A stretch of 64,000 bases of DNA from the NCBI GenBank assembly GCA_009928785.1, contig SABY01000005.1, positions 779 to 64,778 on the forward strand. Direction: 5' to 3'. Position numbers and translations under genes: made by a program. The stretch is from Clostridia bacterium (GTDB lineage Bacteria > Bacteroidota > Bacteroidia > Bacteroidales > 4484-276). Under the pieces are notes generated by a model. It was given only the letters and a program-made list of their open reading frames with translations, was not told the origin of the DNA and did no database searches. Shown here piece after piece: positions 1-8,840 of the stretch (position 1 is its first letter; each line of letters opens with the position of its first letter).

Positions 1-1733
1 ATGGTTCCATAGTTTTGAATGGTAGCATTTAGTTGCGTAAAAGCATCTGTAACACACATGTTACCGCTATTTCCATAGGAGATAATATCGGGGAGTTGTA
101 TCAAATTGATGCTGACATTTTTGGTGGCTGATCCGCAATTCCCAAGTGCAAAGGCGTTGAGCGTAACAATTACACCTTCATTATCGCGGTCTTGTGGTCC
201 GGGAAAATAATTGGTGATAAAGGTCGTGGGGCTTGAAAAAGTACCATCGCCTTGCGTTGTCCAAAGTATCGAGCTATAGTTGGTGGCAGATCCATTAAGG
301 GGAACCGATTGATTTTCGCAGTAGGTTTTGTACGATGGGCCACTGGCTGTGGGTCCCGGGACGTAGGTAACATGCATGGCATCGCACACCGTTGCTACAC
401 AAGGATTGATAGCTTGGGAGCAGAGCGTCAGGGTGGCGCCGTCCTGAAAGTCGTCGCCGGCACCAAAATATTGTGTTGTAAGACTTGTTGGTGATGAGAA
501 GGTGCCATCACCGTTGGTAGTCCATTGCACTGTGCCGGTGTATTGTGCAGTTGCCTGCAATATTACATTTTCGTTGGTGCAAACGGTTTTATCAACGCCT
601 GTGTTAACAACAGGAAGTCGAAGAATGGTAGCAACAAGATTGTCGGAAGCCACATCATCGCAAGGATTTAATGGCAAGCCAGTGAGCGTGAGTACGACCT
701 GGCCATTTACATTATCGAGTGTTCCGGGAGTATAGGTTGTTCCCAGCGCCGAATTATTAGCAAAAGTACCGTTACCACTGGTGGTCCAAAGTGTGGCTAT
801 TGTATTTTCTGATGTTCCGTTGAGTTGCAATACGGCATTGGCGCATACTGAAGAATTGTTACCGGCATTAACCACAGGGTCGGAATTGACCAAAACAGTA
901 AGGTCGTGATTGGATTGTAATCCTCCATCTGTTACCGTGAGATGATATGTTGTGGTTTCGAGGGGCGAGGTAGGAGGAGGAAACTGGGTAGAATAATTAA
1001 AACCCGGAGGGTTAGACGACCAGTTGAAGGAGTATGGCCCGCCAGAACCTATAAATTCGTTGCCTTGCAGCACAAGTTGGTTGCCTTCGCATACCGGATT
1101 GGCTGACGAAGAAATATAAAAATCAATATTTTCGAGCGCCTGCATATTTATTACACGCGACAAACCCAGAGGACCCCACTTTTCTTTTGATGGATAGGTA
1201 GGGTCGTATGCAACTACATCAACCAGGTAGTCCTTCATATTTTCAAAGGAGAATACTTTGAAGGTGATAATTTCATTGGGTGCAAAGCCATCTTTCTGCG
1301 GAGTTGAGTAGTCGTCGCCATTCAGCGCAAAAACAATCCCTGCCGTATCAGGCCAATAAATAGCACCACCACATTTCAAGTCGCCATTAGAATCGTGATA
1401 AAAACCTCCGATGTAATCGTTTTGTGCCAATGGAATATTATTGATTCGTGGGTTAGCCTGTAAAGCGATTATGATACCATGTATGTTTTCGGCAGGTGTT
1501 GGGTTGTCCCAAATGGGTGGAAACCCGTTTTCCCCACCTCTTTCCGGATTATAATTTTCTTTCAACTCCTCCAGTATTCGCTGGCTTTCAGGCGACGGCG
1601 TAAAGCGAATCTGTTGGTCGGGGGCATCGGATTGTCCCATTGCCATGCCCGCCCCCACAAAGGGTTGCAGAAAAATTAACAAAAGTCCTGTTAAAACAAC
1701 ACGACCTGCTTGTTGTAAAAAGTTTCGTTTCAT
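1..1733 (-). CDS. Secreted repeat-containing surface protein, N-terminal 577 aa (3' end runs off the window)
   Basis: Manual reverse translation is open from the ATG at 1733-1731 (MKRNFLQQAGRVVLTGLLLIFLQPFVGAGMAMG, signal-peptide-like) to the window edge. It is absent from the ORF track because no stop lies inside the window. Three ~80-aa modules each carry W(T/S)T.G(D/N)GTF ... Y.PG..D...G.V.LTL ... C. Confidence 0.7.
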   Translation of the reverse strand, partial: MKRNFLQQAGRVVLTGLLLIFLQPFVGAGMAMGQSDAPDQQIRFTPSPESQRILEELKENYNPERGGENGFPPIWDNPTPAENIHGIIIALQANPRINNIPLAQNDYIGGFYHDSNGDLKCGGAIYWPDTAGIVFALNGDDYSTPQKDGFAPNEIITFKVFSFENMKDYLVDVVAYDPTYPSKEKWGPLGLSRVINMQALENIDFYISSSANPVCEGNQLVLQGNEFIGSGGPYSFNWSSNPPGFNYSTQFPPPTSPLETTTYHLTVTDGGLQSNHDLTVLVNSDPVVNAGNNSSVCANAVLQLNGTSENTIATLWTTSGNGTFANNSALGTTYTPGTLDNVNGQVVLTLTGLPLNPCDDVASDNLVATILRLPVVNTGVDKTVCTNENVILQATAQYTGTVQWTTNGDGTFSSPTSLTTQYFGAGDDFQDGATLTLCSQAINPCVATVCDAMHVTYVPGPTASGPSYKTYCENQSVPLNGSATNYSSILWTTQGDGTFSSPTTFITNYFPGPQDRDNEGVIVTLNAFALGNCGSATKNVSINLIQLPDIISYGNSGNMCVTDAFTQLNATIQNYGT

Positions 1734-1819
1734 AATTTAAAAATTTAAAGTTTGTAAATTGGCGCTTAATGGTTTTTTTTGAGCAGTTTTTCGTCGTATA
1801 AAACGATAAAATAAAAGAA

Positions 1820-1839
1820 GCAAACTTTTGAAAGTTTGC
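1820..1839. promoter_or_regulatory. Near-perfect 20-bp palindrome GCAAACTTT-TG-AAAGTTTGC in a divergent intergenic region
   Basis: 9+9 bp inverted repeat read directly, between the surface-protein gene start (1733) and the ClC gene start (2307). Function unknown. Confidence 0.25.
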
Positions 1840-2306
1840 AGCTTTACACTACAGTTTTTGATGAAGTATCCACCCAGTTTTATGTTTCGTTCCCGATGGC
1901 AAAAGTATTATTTTTTCTTAAAAACATCAGAAGCATGAAATTTTTTATTAACACATCGCTTTTTGTACCATTTTACCTGCAAAATATTGAAAATCTGTTG
2001 GAATCATTTTTAGATTTAATTAGGACAAAACATACCTTAATACAATTTTTAGCCAGCTAATCCGACAAATTTCCCTAAAGCTGCCTGGATGCAAAGAGTT
2101 ATCAAACCCCATCATTTTTATCCGATTAAGTTTCTAAAATTTTCCGTCATACGTATTTTATAAATGCAAATATTTTGTTAAAAAAAATACCCTTTTTCTA
2201 TGCAAAATATCAGAGGAGAGTAAGTTGGTATGTAAACATTTAAATGATTCATCGCTTGTGAAAAAAGTGGCCTCACCAAATGAAATAGTACTTTCGCGGG
2301 CGCAAT

Positions 2307-4082
2307 ATGAACATGAAGTTGATCATACGGAAAATGCTGGTGTGGCGCTTACGTTACGTCAAAGACCGGCAACTGGTAATATTTCTCAGCCTTCTCATCG
2401 GTGTACTTACCGGTGTTGCGGCCATTGTGCTCAAAAATCTGGTGCATTACACACATTTTTTTATGACACATGGCTTCGATTTCAAAGAAGAAAATTATAT
2501 GTATCTGGCTTACCCGACGCTGGGGATAACGCTGACGGTGCTTTTTGTGCGCTACGTTATCCGCGACAATCTGGGGCATGGCGTAAGCCGGGTATTGTAT
2601 GCCATTTCGCGCAACAAGGGCAAGTTGAAGCCGCACAACACTTTTTCGTCGATGATAGGAAGCTCACTCACCATTGGCTTTGGCGGCTCGGTAGGGTTGG
2701 AGGCGCCGGTAGTGCTCACCGGTTCGGCCATAGGAAGTAATTTGGGGCAGTTGTTCAGGCTCAATCACAAAACCGTGTCGTTGCTTATCGGCTGTGGCAG
2801 CGCGGGTGCTATCGCTGGCATTTTCAAAGCTCCTATTGCCGGGGTTGTATTCGCCATCGAAATATTGATGCTCGACCTCACCATGACTTCGCTTATCCCA
2901 CTGCTGTTGGCTGCAGTGACCGGCGCCACGGTTGCGTTTTTCCTGCTGGGAAACGATGTGTTGTTTTCATTTCAGGTCAGCACACCTTTTCTTTTACACG
3001 ACATTCCTTTTTACATCCTTCTGGGAATTATCTGTGGATTGGTTTCGCTCTACTTTACCCGCGCTGTAACGCGCATTGAAGGACAATTTAAACGCATCCG
3101 CAATACATGGTTTCGCATTGTGGCTGGTGGCGCCTTGCTGGGCTTACTTATTTTTATCTTCCCATCTCTCTTCGGTGAAGGCTATGAAGCGCTCGAAGAT
3201 GTGCTTACCGGCAATGGTGAAAGCATTATCAACCAAAGTATTTTTAGCGGCTTCATCGAAAACCATTGGCTTTTCCTGTTGCTGCTGTTGCTAATTTTAT
3301 TTTTTAAAGTAATAGCCACAAGCACCACCACCGGCGTAGGTGGCGTGGGAGGTATTTTTGCCCCTTCGCTGTTTATGGGCGGCATCACCGGGTTTTTTAC
3401 CTCCCGCCTTATCAACACACTACCCTCAATCTCGGTTTCCGAAAGTAACTTTTCATTGGTAGGCATGGCCGGTATCATGGCGGGTGTCATGCACGCTCCA
3501 CTCACCTCTATATTTCTTATAGCCGAAATCACCGGAGGTTATGAACTTTTGCCGCCATTAATCATCACTTCCGCTATCTCTTATCTTACCATCATTTATT
3601 TTGAGCCACATTCCATTTACAACAAACGGCTGGCTGAGCGCGGTGAGCTTTTTACACACAACAAAGACAAGGCGGTGCTTTCGCTGATGAATGCCCGCAA
3701 GCTTATCGAAACAAATTTTATCAGTATCCATCCCGATGCTACCCTGGGCGAGCTGGTAGATGTAATTGCCAAATCCACCCGAAATCTTTTTCCGGTGGTA
3801 GATGACAAGGATAATTTTGCCGGACTTATCATAATGGACAAAATCCGCGACATCATTTTTAAGCCTGAATTGTATGAAACCACCCGCGTGCGCGATCTTA
3901 TGGTGATGCCAGAAGTTACCGTTAATCCTGATGAAGTAATGGAAGAAGTGGTGCAGAAGTTTCAGAAATCGGGCAAATTTAATATTGCCGTACTCGCCGA
4001 GGGGAAATATTTAGGCTTTATCTCACGCGCCAATGTTTTCTCGGCCTATCGTCATTTGCTTAAAGAATTTTCTGACGACTGA
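2307..4082 (+). CDS. ClC-family chloride channel/antiporter with C-terminal CBS pair
   Basis: 591-aa ORF with ClC-type motifs GFGGSVGLEAP, GIFKAPIAG and GGIFAPSLFMG across many hydrophobic segments. A soluble tail with two CBS-like repeats follows. Confidence 0.9.
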   Translation: MNMKLIIRKMLVWRLRYVKDRQLVIFLSLLIGVLTGVAAIVLKNLVHYTHFFMTHGFDFKEENYMYLAYPTLGITLTVLFVRYVIRDNLGHGVSRVLYAISRNKGKLKPHNTFSSMIGSSLTIGFGGSVGLEAPVVLTGSAIGSNLGQLFRLNHKTVSLLIGCGSAGAIAGIFKAPIAGVVFAIEILMLDLTMTSLIPLLLAAVTGATVAFFLLGNDVLFSFQVSTPFLLHDIPFYILLGIICGLVSLYFTRAVTRIEGQFKRIRNTWFRIVAGGALLGLLIFIFPSLFGEGYEALEDVLTGNGESIINQSIFSGFIENHWLFLLLLLLILFFKVIATSTTTGVGGVGGIFAPSLFMGGITGFFTSRLINTLPSISVSESNFSLVGMAGIMAGVMHAPLTSIFLIAEITGGYELLPPLIITSAISYLTIIYFEPHSIYNKRLAERGELFTHNKDKAVLSLMNARKLIETNFISIHPDATLGELVDVIAKSTRNLFPVVDDKDNFAGLIIMDKIRDIIFKPELYETTRVRDLMVMPEVTVNPDEVMEEVVQKFQKSGKFNIAVLAEGKYLGFISRANVFSAYRHLLKEFSDD

Positions 4083-4117
4083 TTTGTGCCTTCCAGGAGT
4101 GAATTTTAGTTTTTTTA

Positions 4118-6148
4118 TTAATAAAGGAGCAACTGCTCTGCTTCGCCTGCTGTGGCTACCGGAGCCTGACATTGCTGGCCGCTGCAAACAAATATCCTTA
4201 AATTGCCGTCGGGAGCGCGACCGTGGAAGATCGGTACAGCGCTTTCGTCATTCACTCTGAAAACCATTTTTGCAGGATAGGAGTCCTGATAGAGTGCATC
4301 AGCGACAGCCGCCGGTTCATCGGCGCTAACTACCACTTCATAAAAACTGTTGAGATGGTAAAAATAAACGATTGCCCAGTTGGCAAATGATGCCGGATGC
4401 GCTTGAATGTGTTCGGTCAGGCTGCGGGTCATCGAGGCAGCAATAGCAGCATATTTTCTATTGCCGTCGATAGCAGCAAGTTTGAATAAAACCATGGCCA
4501 TCACCGAATTGGAAGAAGGAATCACATTGTCGAAAAGTTCCTTTTTGCGCGCTACCAAATCACGGCTGCTGCTGTGGGTAAACCAAAACATACCATCGGC
4601 AGAGTCGTAAAAATGCTGCAACGCATATTCGGCCAGCTTGCGGGCATACACAAGCCACACTTCGTCGCCGGTAACCTGAAACAGCTCTAAGGCAGCATCG
4701 GCCATACCGGCGTAATCTTCCAGAAAACCATTGATGGTGGCTACACCTTTTTTATAATTGTGCGAGAGGCGGCCATCGGGCTGGGTCATTTTACTGTGGA
4801 TAGTTGTGGCCGCATTAACAGCAGCTTCAAGATAGCGTTTGTCGTTCGCCATCACCGAGAGCTGCGCCATCGCCTTTATCGTCAGGGCATTCCATGAGGT
4901 GAGCGATTTGTCGTCCAACGCCGGAGGTGTGCGTTTGCTCCTTGCCTTTAGTAATTGAATCCGTGCCTTGTTCAGCGTTTCTCCAAACTGATCTTTATCA
5001 ATACCTTTTTTGTTGGCAAATTCCTCGACTGACCATGGACGCACCAGAATATTTTTACCATCCTCCCAATAACCTTGCTCATCTATACCGTAAAACTCGG
5101 CTACTAAACCCGAATCTTCATCCACCGACTCATCAAATTCCTGCCGCGTCCACACATAATATTTTCCTTCTTCGCCTTCGCTGTCAGCATCGAGCGCCGA
5201 ATAAAACATGCCTTCGGGCGAAGTGAGTTCGCGCAGGATAAAGTCGGCGGTTTCGGTGGCGACGGTCAGATATTCATTTTTTCCGCTGTAGCGGAATGCC
5301 TCAGCATACACGGTGATGAGCTGTGCATTGTCGTAAAGCATCTTTTCGAAATGGGGAATTTTCCATGCGGCATCCACCGAATAGCGCGCAAAACCGCCAC
5401 CCAACTGGTCGTAAATTCCTCCTGCGGCCATGCGATCGAGTGTAAGCAACAAATGATTTTTATACCTGGTGTCTTTTGAAAAATGCGCCCAATGCTGCAA
5501 AAGCCGCAGGGTGTCGGCCATAGGAAATTTTGGTGCGCCGCGGCTGCCGCCATTTAATGCATCAGCATTTTTCATAAAACTTTGCATGGCGCCTTCTAAA
5601 ACTTCTTTTCTAAAGGTGTCTTCATCGCCCACAGGTTGTATGATGTCGCTTTTGTTGATGCCATTCAAAATCTGATCGGCCTGCTCCAACAGCAAATCGC
5701 GGCTGTCGGCGTAAAGCTTCACAATATTTTTTAAAAGCTCTTCCCATTGTTCAGGTCGGAAATAGGTGCCACCATAAAAGGGGCGCCCATCGGGCAGGGC
5801 AAAACAATTGAGTGGCCATCCGCCGCTGCCGTGTAGCAATTGTACAGCATTCATATAAACTGCATCCACATCGGGGCGCTCCTCGCGGTCCACTTTTATA
5901 CAAACGAAATGCTCGTTCATCAAAGCGGCCAGGTGTTCGTTTTCAAAAGTTTCGTGTTCCATCACATGGCACCAATGGCAAGCCGAGTAGCCAATGCTGA
6001 TGAGGAGCATACGGTCGAGATTACGGGCTTTTTGCAGCGTTTCATCGTTCCAGGCGTGCCACTGCACCGGATTGTGCGCGTGCTGCAAGAGATAAGGACT
6101 CGATTCGGCTATCAAAGCATTGGTGTGGCGGTGGGTGAGAGGTTTCAT
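4118..6148 (-). CDS. Thioredoxin-domain protein of the DUF255/YyaL type
   Basis: N-terminal [23 protein letters not shown] and [18 protein letters not shown] (CxxC) followed by a long helical domain. Start moved to MKPLTH (ATG 6148) because a terminator hairpin of the upstream gene sits at 6212-6249 inside the longer ORF. Confidence 0.85.
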   Translation of the reverse strand: MKPLTHRHTNALIAESSPYLLQHAHNPVQWHAWNDETLQKARNLDRMLLISIGYSACHWCHVMEHETFENEHLAALMNEHFVCIKVDREERPDVDAVYMNAVQLLHGSGGWPLNCFALPDGRPFYGGTYFRPEQWEELLKNIVKLYADSRDLLLEQADQILNGINKSDIIQPVGDEDTFRKEVLEGAMQSFMKNADALNGGSRGAPKFPMADTLRLLQHWAHFSKDTRYKNHLLLTLDRMAAGGIYDQLGGGFARYSVDAAWKIPHFEKMLYDNAQLITVYAEAFRYSGKNEYLTVATETADFILRELTSPEGMFYSALDADSEGEEGKYYVWTRQEFDESVDEDSGLVAEFYGIDEQGYWEDGKNILVRPWSVEEFANKKGIDKDQFGETLNKARIQLLKARSKRTPPALDDKSLTSWNALTIKAMAQLSVMANDKRYLEAAVNAATTIHSKMTQPDGRLSHNYKKGVATINGFLEDYAGMADAALELFQVTGDEVWLVYARKLAEYALQHFYDSADGMFWFTHSSSRDLVARKKELFDNVIPSSNSVMAMVLFKLAAIDGNRKYAAIAASMTRSLTEHIQAHPASFANWAIVYFYHLNSFYEVVVSADEPAAVADALYQDSYPAKMVFRVNDESAVPIFHGRAPDGNLRIFVCSGQQCQAPVATAGEAEQLLLY

Positions 6149-6211
6149 TGTTTTTATTTTATTATTAAAACAAACAACCGTTGCATGGTGGAAATGTTCG
6201 GTCAGGCTGTT

Positions 6212-6249
6212 GATAAATAAAAAGGCGCTGCACTGCTGCAACGCCTTTT
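6212..6249 (-). terminator. Intrinsic terminator after the 307-aa T9SS protein gene
   Basis: On the minus strand: AAGGCG-14 nt loop-CGCCTT followed by TTTTTATTT. Confidence 0.6.
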
Positions 6250-6281
6250 GAATATAATGTCGTTTTCGCTTTAGCGGAAAA

Positions 6282-7205
6282 TTACCTTACCACCAATCGG
6301 CGAACCCATTGGTCGTTGCCGGCATCGATTATTACCAAATAAACGCCGGGCTGAAAATCTTTGAGATTGATGTTGTGCGTAAAGCGGCCTTTGCTGGCTT
6401 GAAGTTCATTGCTGCTCCACATTGGGTTACCGGCTCTGTCGGTGATGCTGATGGTAACTTTTTCGGCGTTGTCAACATCAAAAAACACCTGCACATTGTC
6501 GGTTGCGGGATTAGGAAAAAGCCCGATAGCCTTCTCGTCAGTAGCATTGTCAGTAGCTTGTGGCCAGGGTTGCGCGGTGTCCCAGAGTAAAAATCCGGTG
6601 GGTGTAAAAGGTCCCATGCCACGCATTCCGGCTCCGTTTCCGCGGCCATAGCCCTGCCCCTGCCCATTCATGCGGTTGCCTGCTCCGTAGCCATTGCCAT
6701 TTCTCCCGTTGCCATTGCCATAGCCCATGCAATTGCCGTCACCACGCTGGCGGCCATTTCCGCGTCCGCCATAGTTTACGGCGGCAGGGCGGTAGTTGTC
6801 GAGAATGCTGGTGATGGCATCGAAATAGTTGTCGGCAATTTCATCGGCTTCCAGCCGCAAATCCTGGATTTTTGTACGGTTTACGCGCATCTGCTGGCGC
6901 TCGGCAAGGGTAGGCGGATTGTTGTTGTCGATCATCTGCTGGCGTTGCTCCCAGTTTAGGTTTTGCAACGATTGAAGCTGGGTACGGATTTCTGCAATCC
7001 TGGTTCGGTCGGCCTGCGAAAGTTGCTTGTCGAAAGCATCGCGCTCGGCGCTAAGCTCCTGCAGAAGCTCCTGGTTTGGGCAATTCCCCTGGTTGTAGCC
7101 ATACGGACAGTTTCCAAAATTTTTTCCCGGTCGGTTTTGGGCTTCGGTGTTGGTTACACCGACAACCATCATTGCAATTGCAATCAAAAAAACTTTACTT
7201 TTCAT
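6282..7205 (-). CDS. Secreted coiled-coil / Gly-Asn-rich protein with T9SS C-terminal sorting domain
   Basis: Signal peptide [23 protein letters not shown], a helical Q/R-rich region, a G/N/R low-complexity linker, and a C-terminus of T9SS CTD type ([14 protein letters not shown]...[21 protein letters not shown]). It is the last gene of the ECF sigma operon. Confidence 0.8.
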   Translation of the reverse strand: MKSKVFLIAIAMMVVGVTNTEAQNRPGKNFGNCPYGYNQGNCPNQELLQELSAERDAFDKQLSQADRTRIAEIRTQLQSLQNLNWEQRQQMIDNNNPPTLAERQQMRVNRTKIQDLRLEADEIADNYFDAITSILDNYRPAAVNYGGRGNGRQRGDGNCMGYGNGNGRNGNGYGAGNRMNGQGQGYGRGNGAGMRGMGPFTPTGFLLWDTAQPWPQATDNATDEKAIGLFPNPATDNVQVFFDVDNAEKVTISITDRAGNPMWSSNELQASKGRFTHNINLKDFQPGVYLVIIDAGNDQWVRRLVVR

Positions 7206-7297
7206 TGTATTTAATTTTTAAAAGGTTATTGAAATCGTTTGTTGGTTTGACAAGACAAGTCGTGGATTTATTCCAATATTAAAATCCAAATCCTATT

Positions 7298-7714
7298 CTA
7301 ATTCCAGTTGCGATGGCGTGGCCCCCGTTCGGATGGCGGCCCCCGGTGTCCGCGTCCTTGCATGTTGCCACGAAAATTTTGATGTGCATTTTTTATCCAC
7401 TCCAGTTGTTCGTTGGTAAGATATGGCTGCAACTCATCGATCATCTGTTGGTGCATTTGCTGCATATTCTGTCGCGACTGCATTATATTCTCGTCGGCAA
7501 GCTGGGCATATTTCTCCAGGATAGGTTCTATTTGTCTGGCTTGCTGCGGATCAGGATTGATGCCCTGAATCATGCGGTGTCTGAAAAAGTTGTAGCTGCC
7601 CTGGTTCACAAAGGTGTCGAGGCGATTCCTTGTAATTTGCGCATTGGTCAGAAACCCGATGACAAAGCCGATGAGCAGAGTAGTTATGATAATAATGATG
7701 GATTTGGTTTTCAT
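7298..7714 (-). CDS. Membrane-anchored periplasmic Spy/CpxP-like (LTxxQ) protein
   Basis: 138 aa with an N-terminal TM segment, a helical Q-rich body containing LTNEQLEWIK (LTxxQ-type motif), and a basic G/R tail. Confidence 0.65.
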   Translation of the reverse strand: MKTKSIIIIITTLLIGFVIGFLTNAQITRNRLDTFVNQGSYNFFRHRMIQGINPDPQQARQIEPILEKYAQLADENIMQSRQNMQQMHQQMIDELQPYLTNEQLEWIKNAHQNFRGNMQGRGHRGPPSERGPRHRNWN

Positions 7715-7726
7715 ATAAAAAAGCTA

Positions 7727-8128
7727 TTAAGGATTGTAAAGAATAAAATCAGAAAGGTAAGCAGGCTGCAACTGTTCCACCCCCAGCAGCGTGTCGAGGG
7801 AGAAGGTGTTGCTGCCGGCCAGTGCTACGAGTAGCAGGATGACGGCTGCTGCCAGCAGCGGAAGCGCCACTCGTTTGAAGGCAAAAGCGATTCCTTGCGA
7901 AAAGGTTTCTTCCTGCAACTTTTCGAGGCGGCTCATCACCCGTGTGGCAAAAAATGGACGGAACGGCAATGCGGCTTGCCCTACTATCAGGTGCAGATTT
8001 CGTAGCTTTTCGGCTTCAGCCTGCAGCGCTTCGTCGGCCTGTAGCCAGGTTTTGAGCTGATGATGCTCGGCATTCGTCAACTCCCGGTTGAAGGAATCCA
8101 TGAGCAATTGCAATTTTTTCTTTTCCAT
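7727..8128 (-). CDS. Putative anti-sigma factor (single C-terminal TM segment)
   Basis: 133 aa lying 2 nt downstream of the ECF sigma stop. It has a helical N-terminal domain and the hydrophobic segment VALPLLAAAVILLLVALAG. The call rests on position. Confidence 0.6.
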   Translation of the reverse strand: MEKKKLQLLMDSFNRELTNAEHHQLKTWLQADEALQAEAEKLRNLHLIVGQAALPFRPFFATRVMSRLEKLQEETFSQGIAFAFKRVALPLLAAAVILLLVALAGSNTFSLDTLLGVEQLQPAYLSDFILYNP

Positions 8129-8130
8129 GA

Positions 8131-8703
8131 TTATTCGATTATATTTTTCAACAAATCTTTTAGTTTTTCCTGTGCCCGCGCCAGTCGCGAAAGCACCGTT
8201 CCCTGCGGCACCTTGAGTATTTGTGCTGCTTCGCGGGTAGAATAGCCTTGCAACATGCGTAATACTACCACACTTCTGAATTTCGGCTCCAGCTTTTGCA
8301 ACGCCTGATGCACCAGTTCGCGCGTATCGCGTTGCCCGGCTTCATCTATCGTGTCGCCTATTGCAGCCAGTCCCTCATCGTTGTCAGTTTTGGTAAAGAA
8401 CATCCGGTGGCGTTTTCTGCTTTTCAGCTCATTGAGCGAAAGATTGATGGCAATGCGTGTGAGATAGGTTGCTAACGCCGCCTCGCCCCTGAAATCGTCG
8501 ATGGCGCGATAAAAACGGATAAATACATTTTGGCCTACATCATCCGCGTCGTCGCCCACACCCAGCATTCCGTTGACAGTAGCGGCAACCACCGACTCGT
8601 AGCGGTGCACCAACTCGCCAAAGGCCGCGTGATCGCCATGCTTCACCTGCTCAATTAGCTTCTGATCGCTGATTTCATTCGTCGTTGCCAAAGTTTTATT
8701 CAA
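8131..8703 (-). CDS. ECF-type RNA polymerase sigma-70 factor
   Basis: 190 aa with region 2 (FGELVHRYESVVAATVNGML, DDADDVGQNVFIRFYRAIDDF) and region 4 (LRMLQGYSTREAAQILKVPQGTVLSRLARA). Confidence 0.9.
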   Translation of the reverse strand: MNKTLATTNEISDQKLIEQVKHGDHAAFGELVHRYESVVAATVNGMLGVGDDADDVGQNVFIRFYRAIDDFRGEAALATYLTRIAINLSLNELKSRKRHRMFFTKTDNDEGLAAIGDTIDEAGQRDTRELVHQALQKLEPKFRSVVVLRMLQGYSTREAAQILKVPQGTVLSRLARAQEKLKDLLKNIIE

Positions 8704-8810
8704 TATTTACTGGTTTGACAGCCGAAAGGTAGTATTTATTCCGGTACTGAAAAAAACAACTCCTCATTTCATCATCTGAATAGTGGTGGCTGCTAATTGT
8801 TTTTTTACAA

Positions 8811-8818
8811 TACATTTG
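8811..8818 (+). promoter_or_regulatory. Bacteroidota-type -7 box TACATTTG
   Basis: Matches TAnnTTTG, 22 nt upstream of the histidine kinase ATG (8841). Confidence 0.45.
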
Positions 8819-8840
8819 CCCCCATTATTGAAATTGCACG

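Noticed and set aside
1836-2060. 74-aa ORF in the AT-rich region between the surface-protein gene and the ClC gene. Also small ORFs at 170-735 and 1479-1679.
   Set aside because: The first lies in a low-complexity AT-rich promoter region with an F/L/K-rich translation. The others are alternative frames inside the 1-1733 minus-strand gene.
6149-6241. N-terminal extensions given by the ORF track (YyaL 6241, gyrB 13938, valS 46267, TPM 61091, wbqC 43381, HMA 58713, OMP 15781, TPR 18972).
   Set aside because: For YyaL, gyrB, valS and TPM the extension runs through a terminator hairpin or -7 box of the neighbouring unit. For the others (wbqC, HMA, OMP, TPR) it adds non-conserved residues before an obvious signal peptide or conserved N-terminus. 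Internal ATG starts were chosen.
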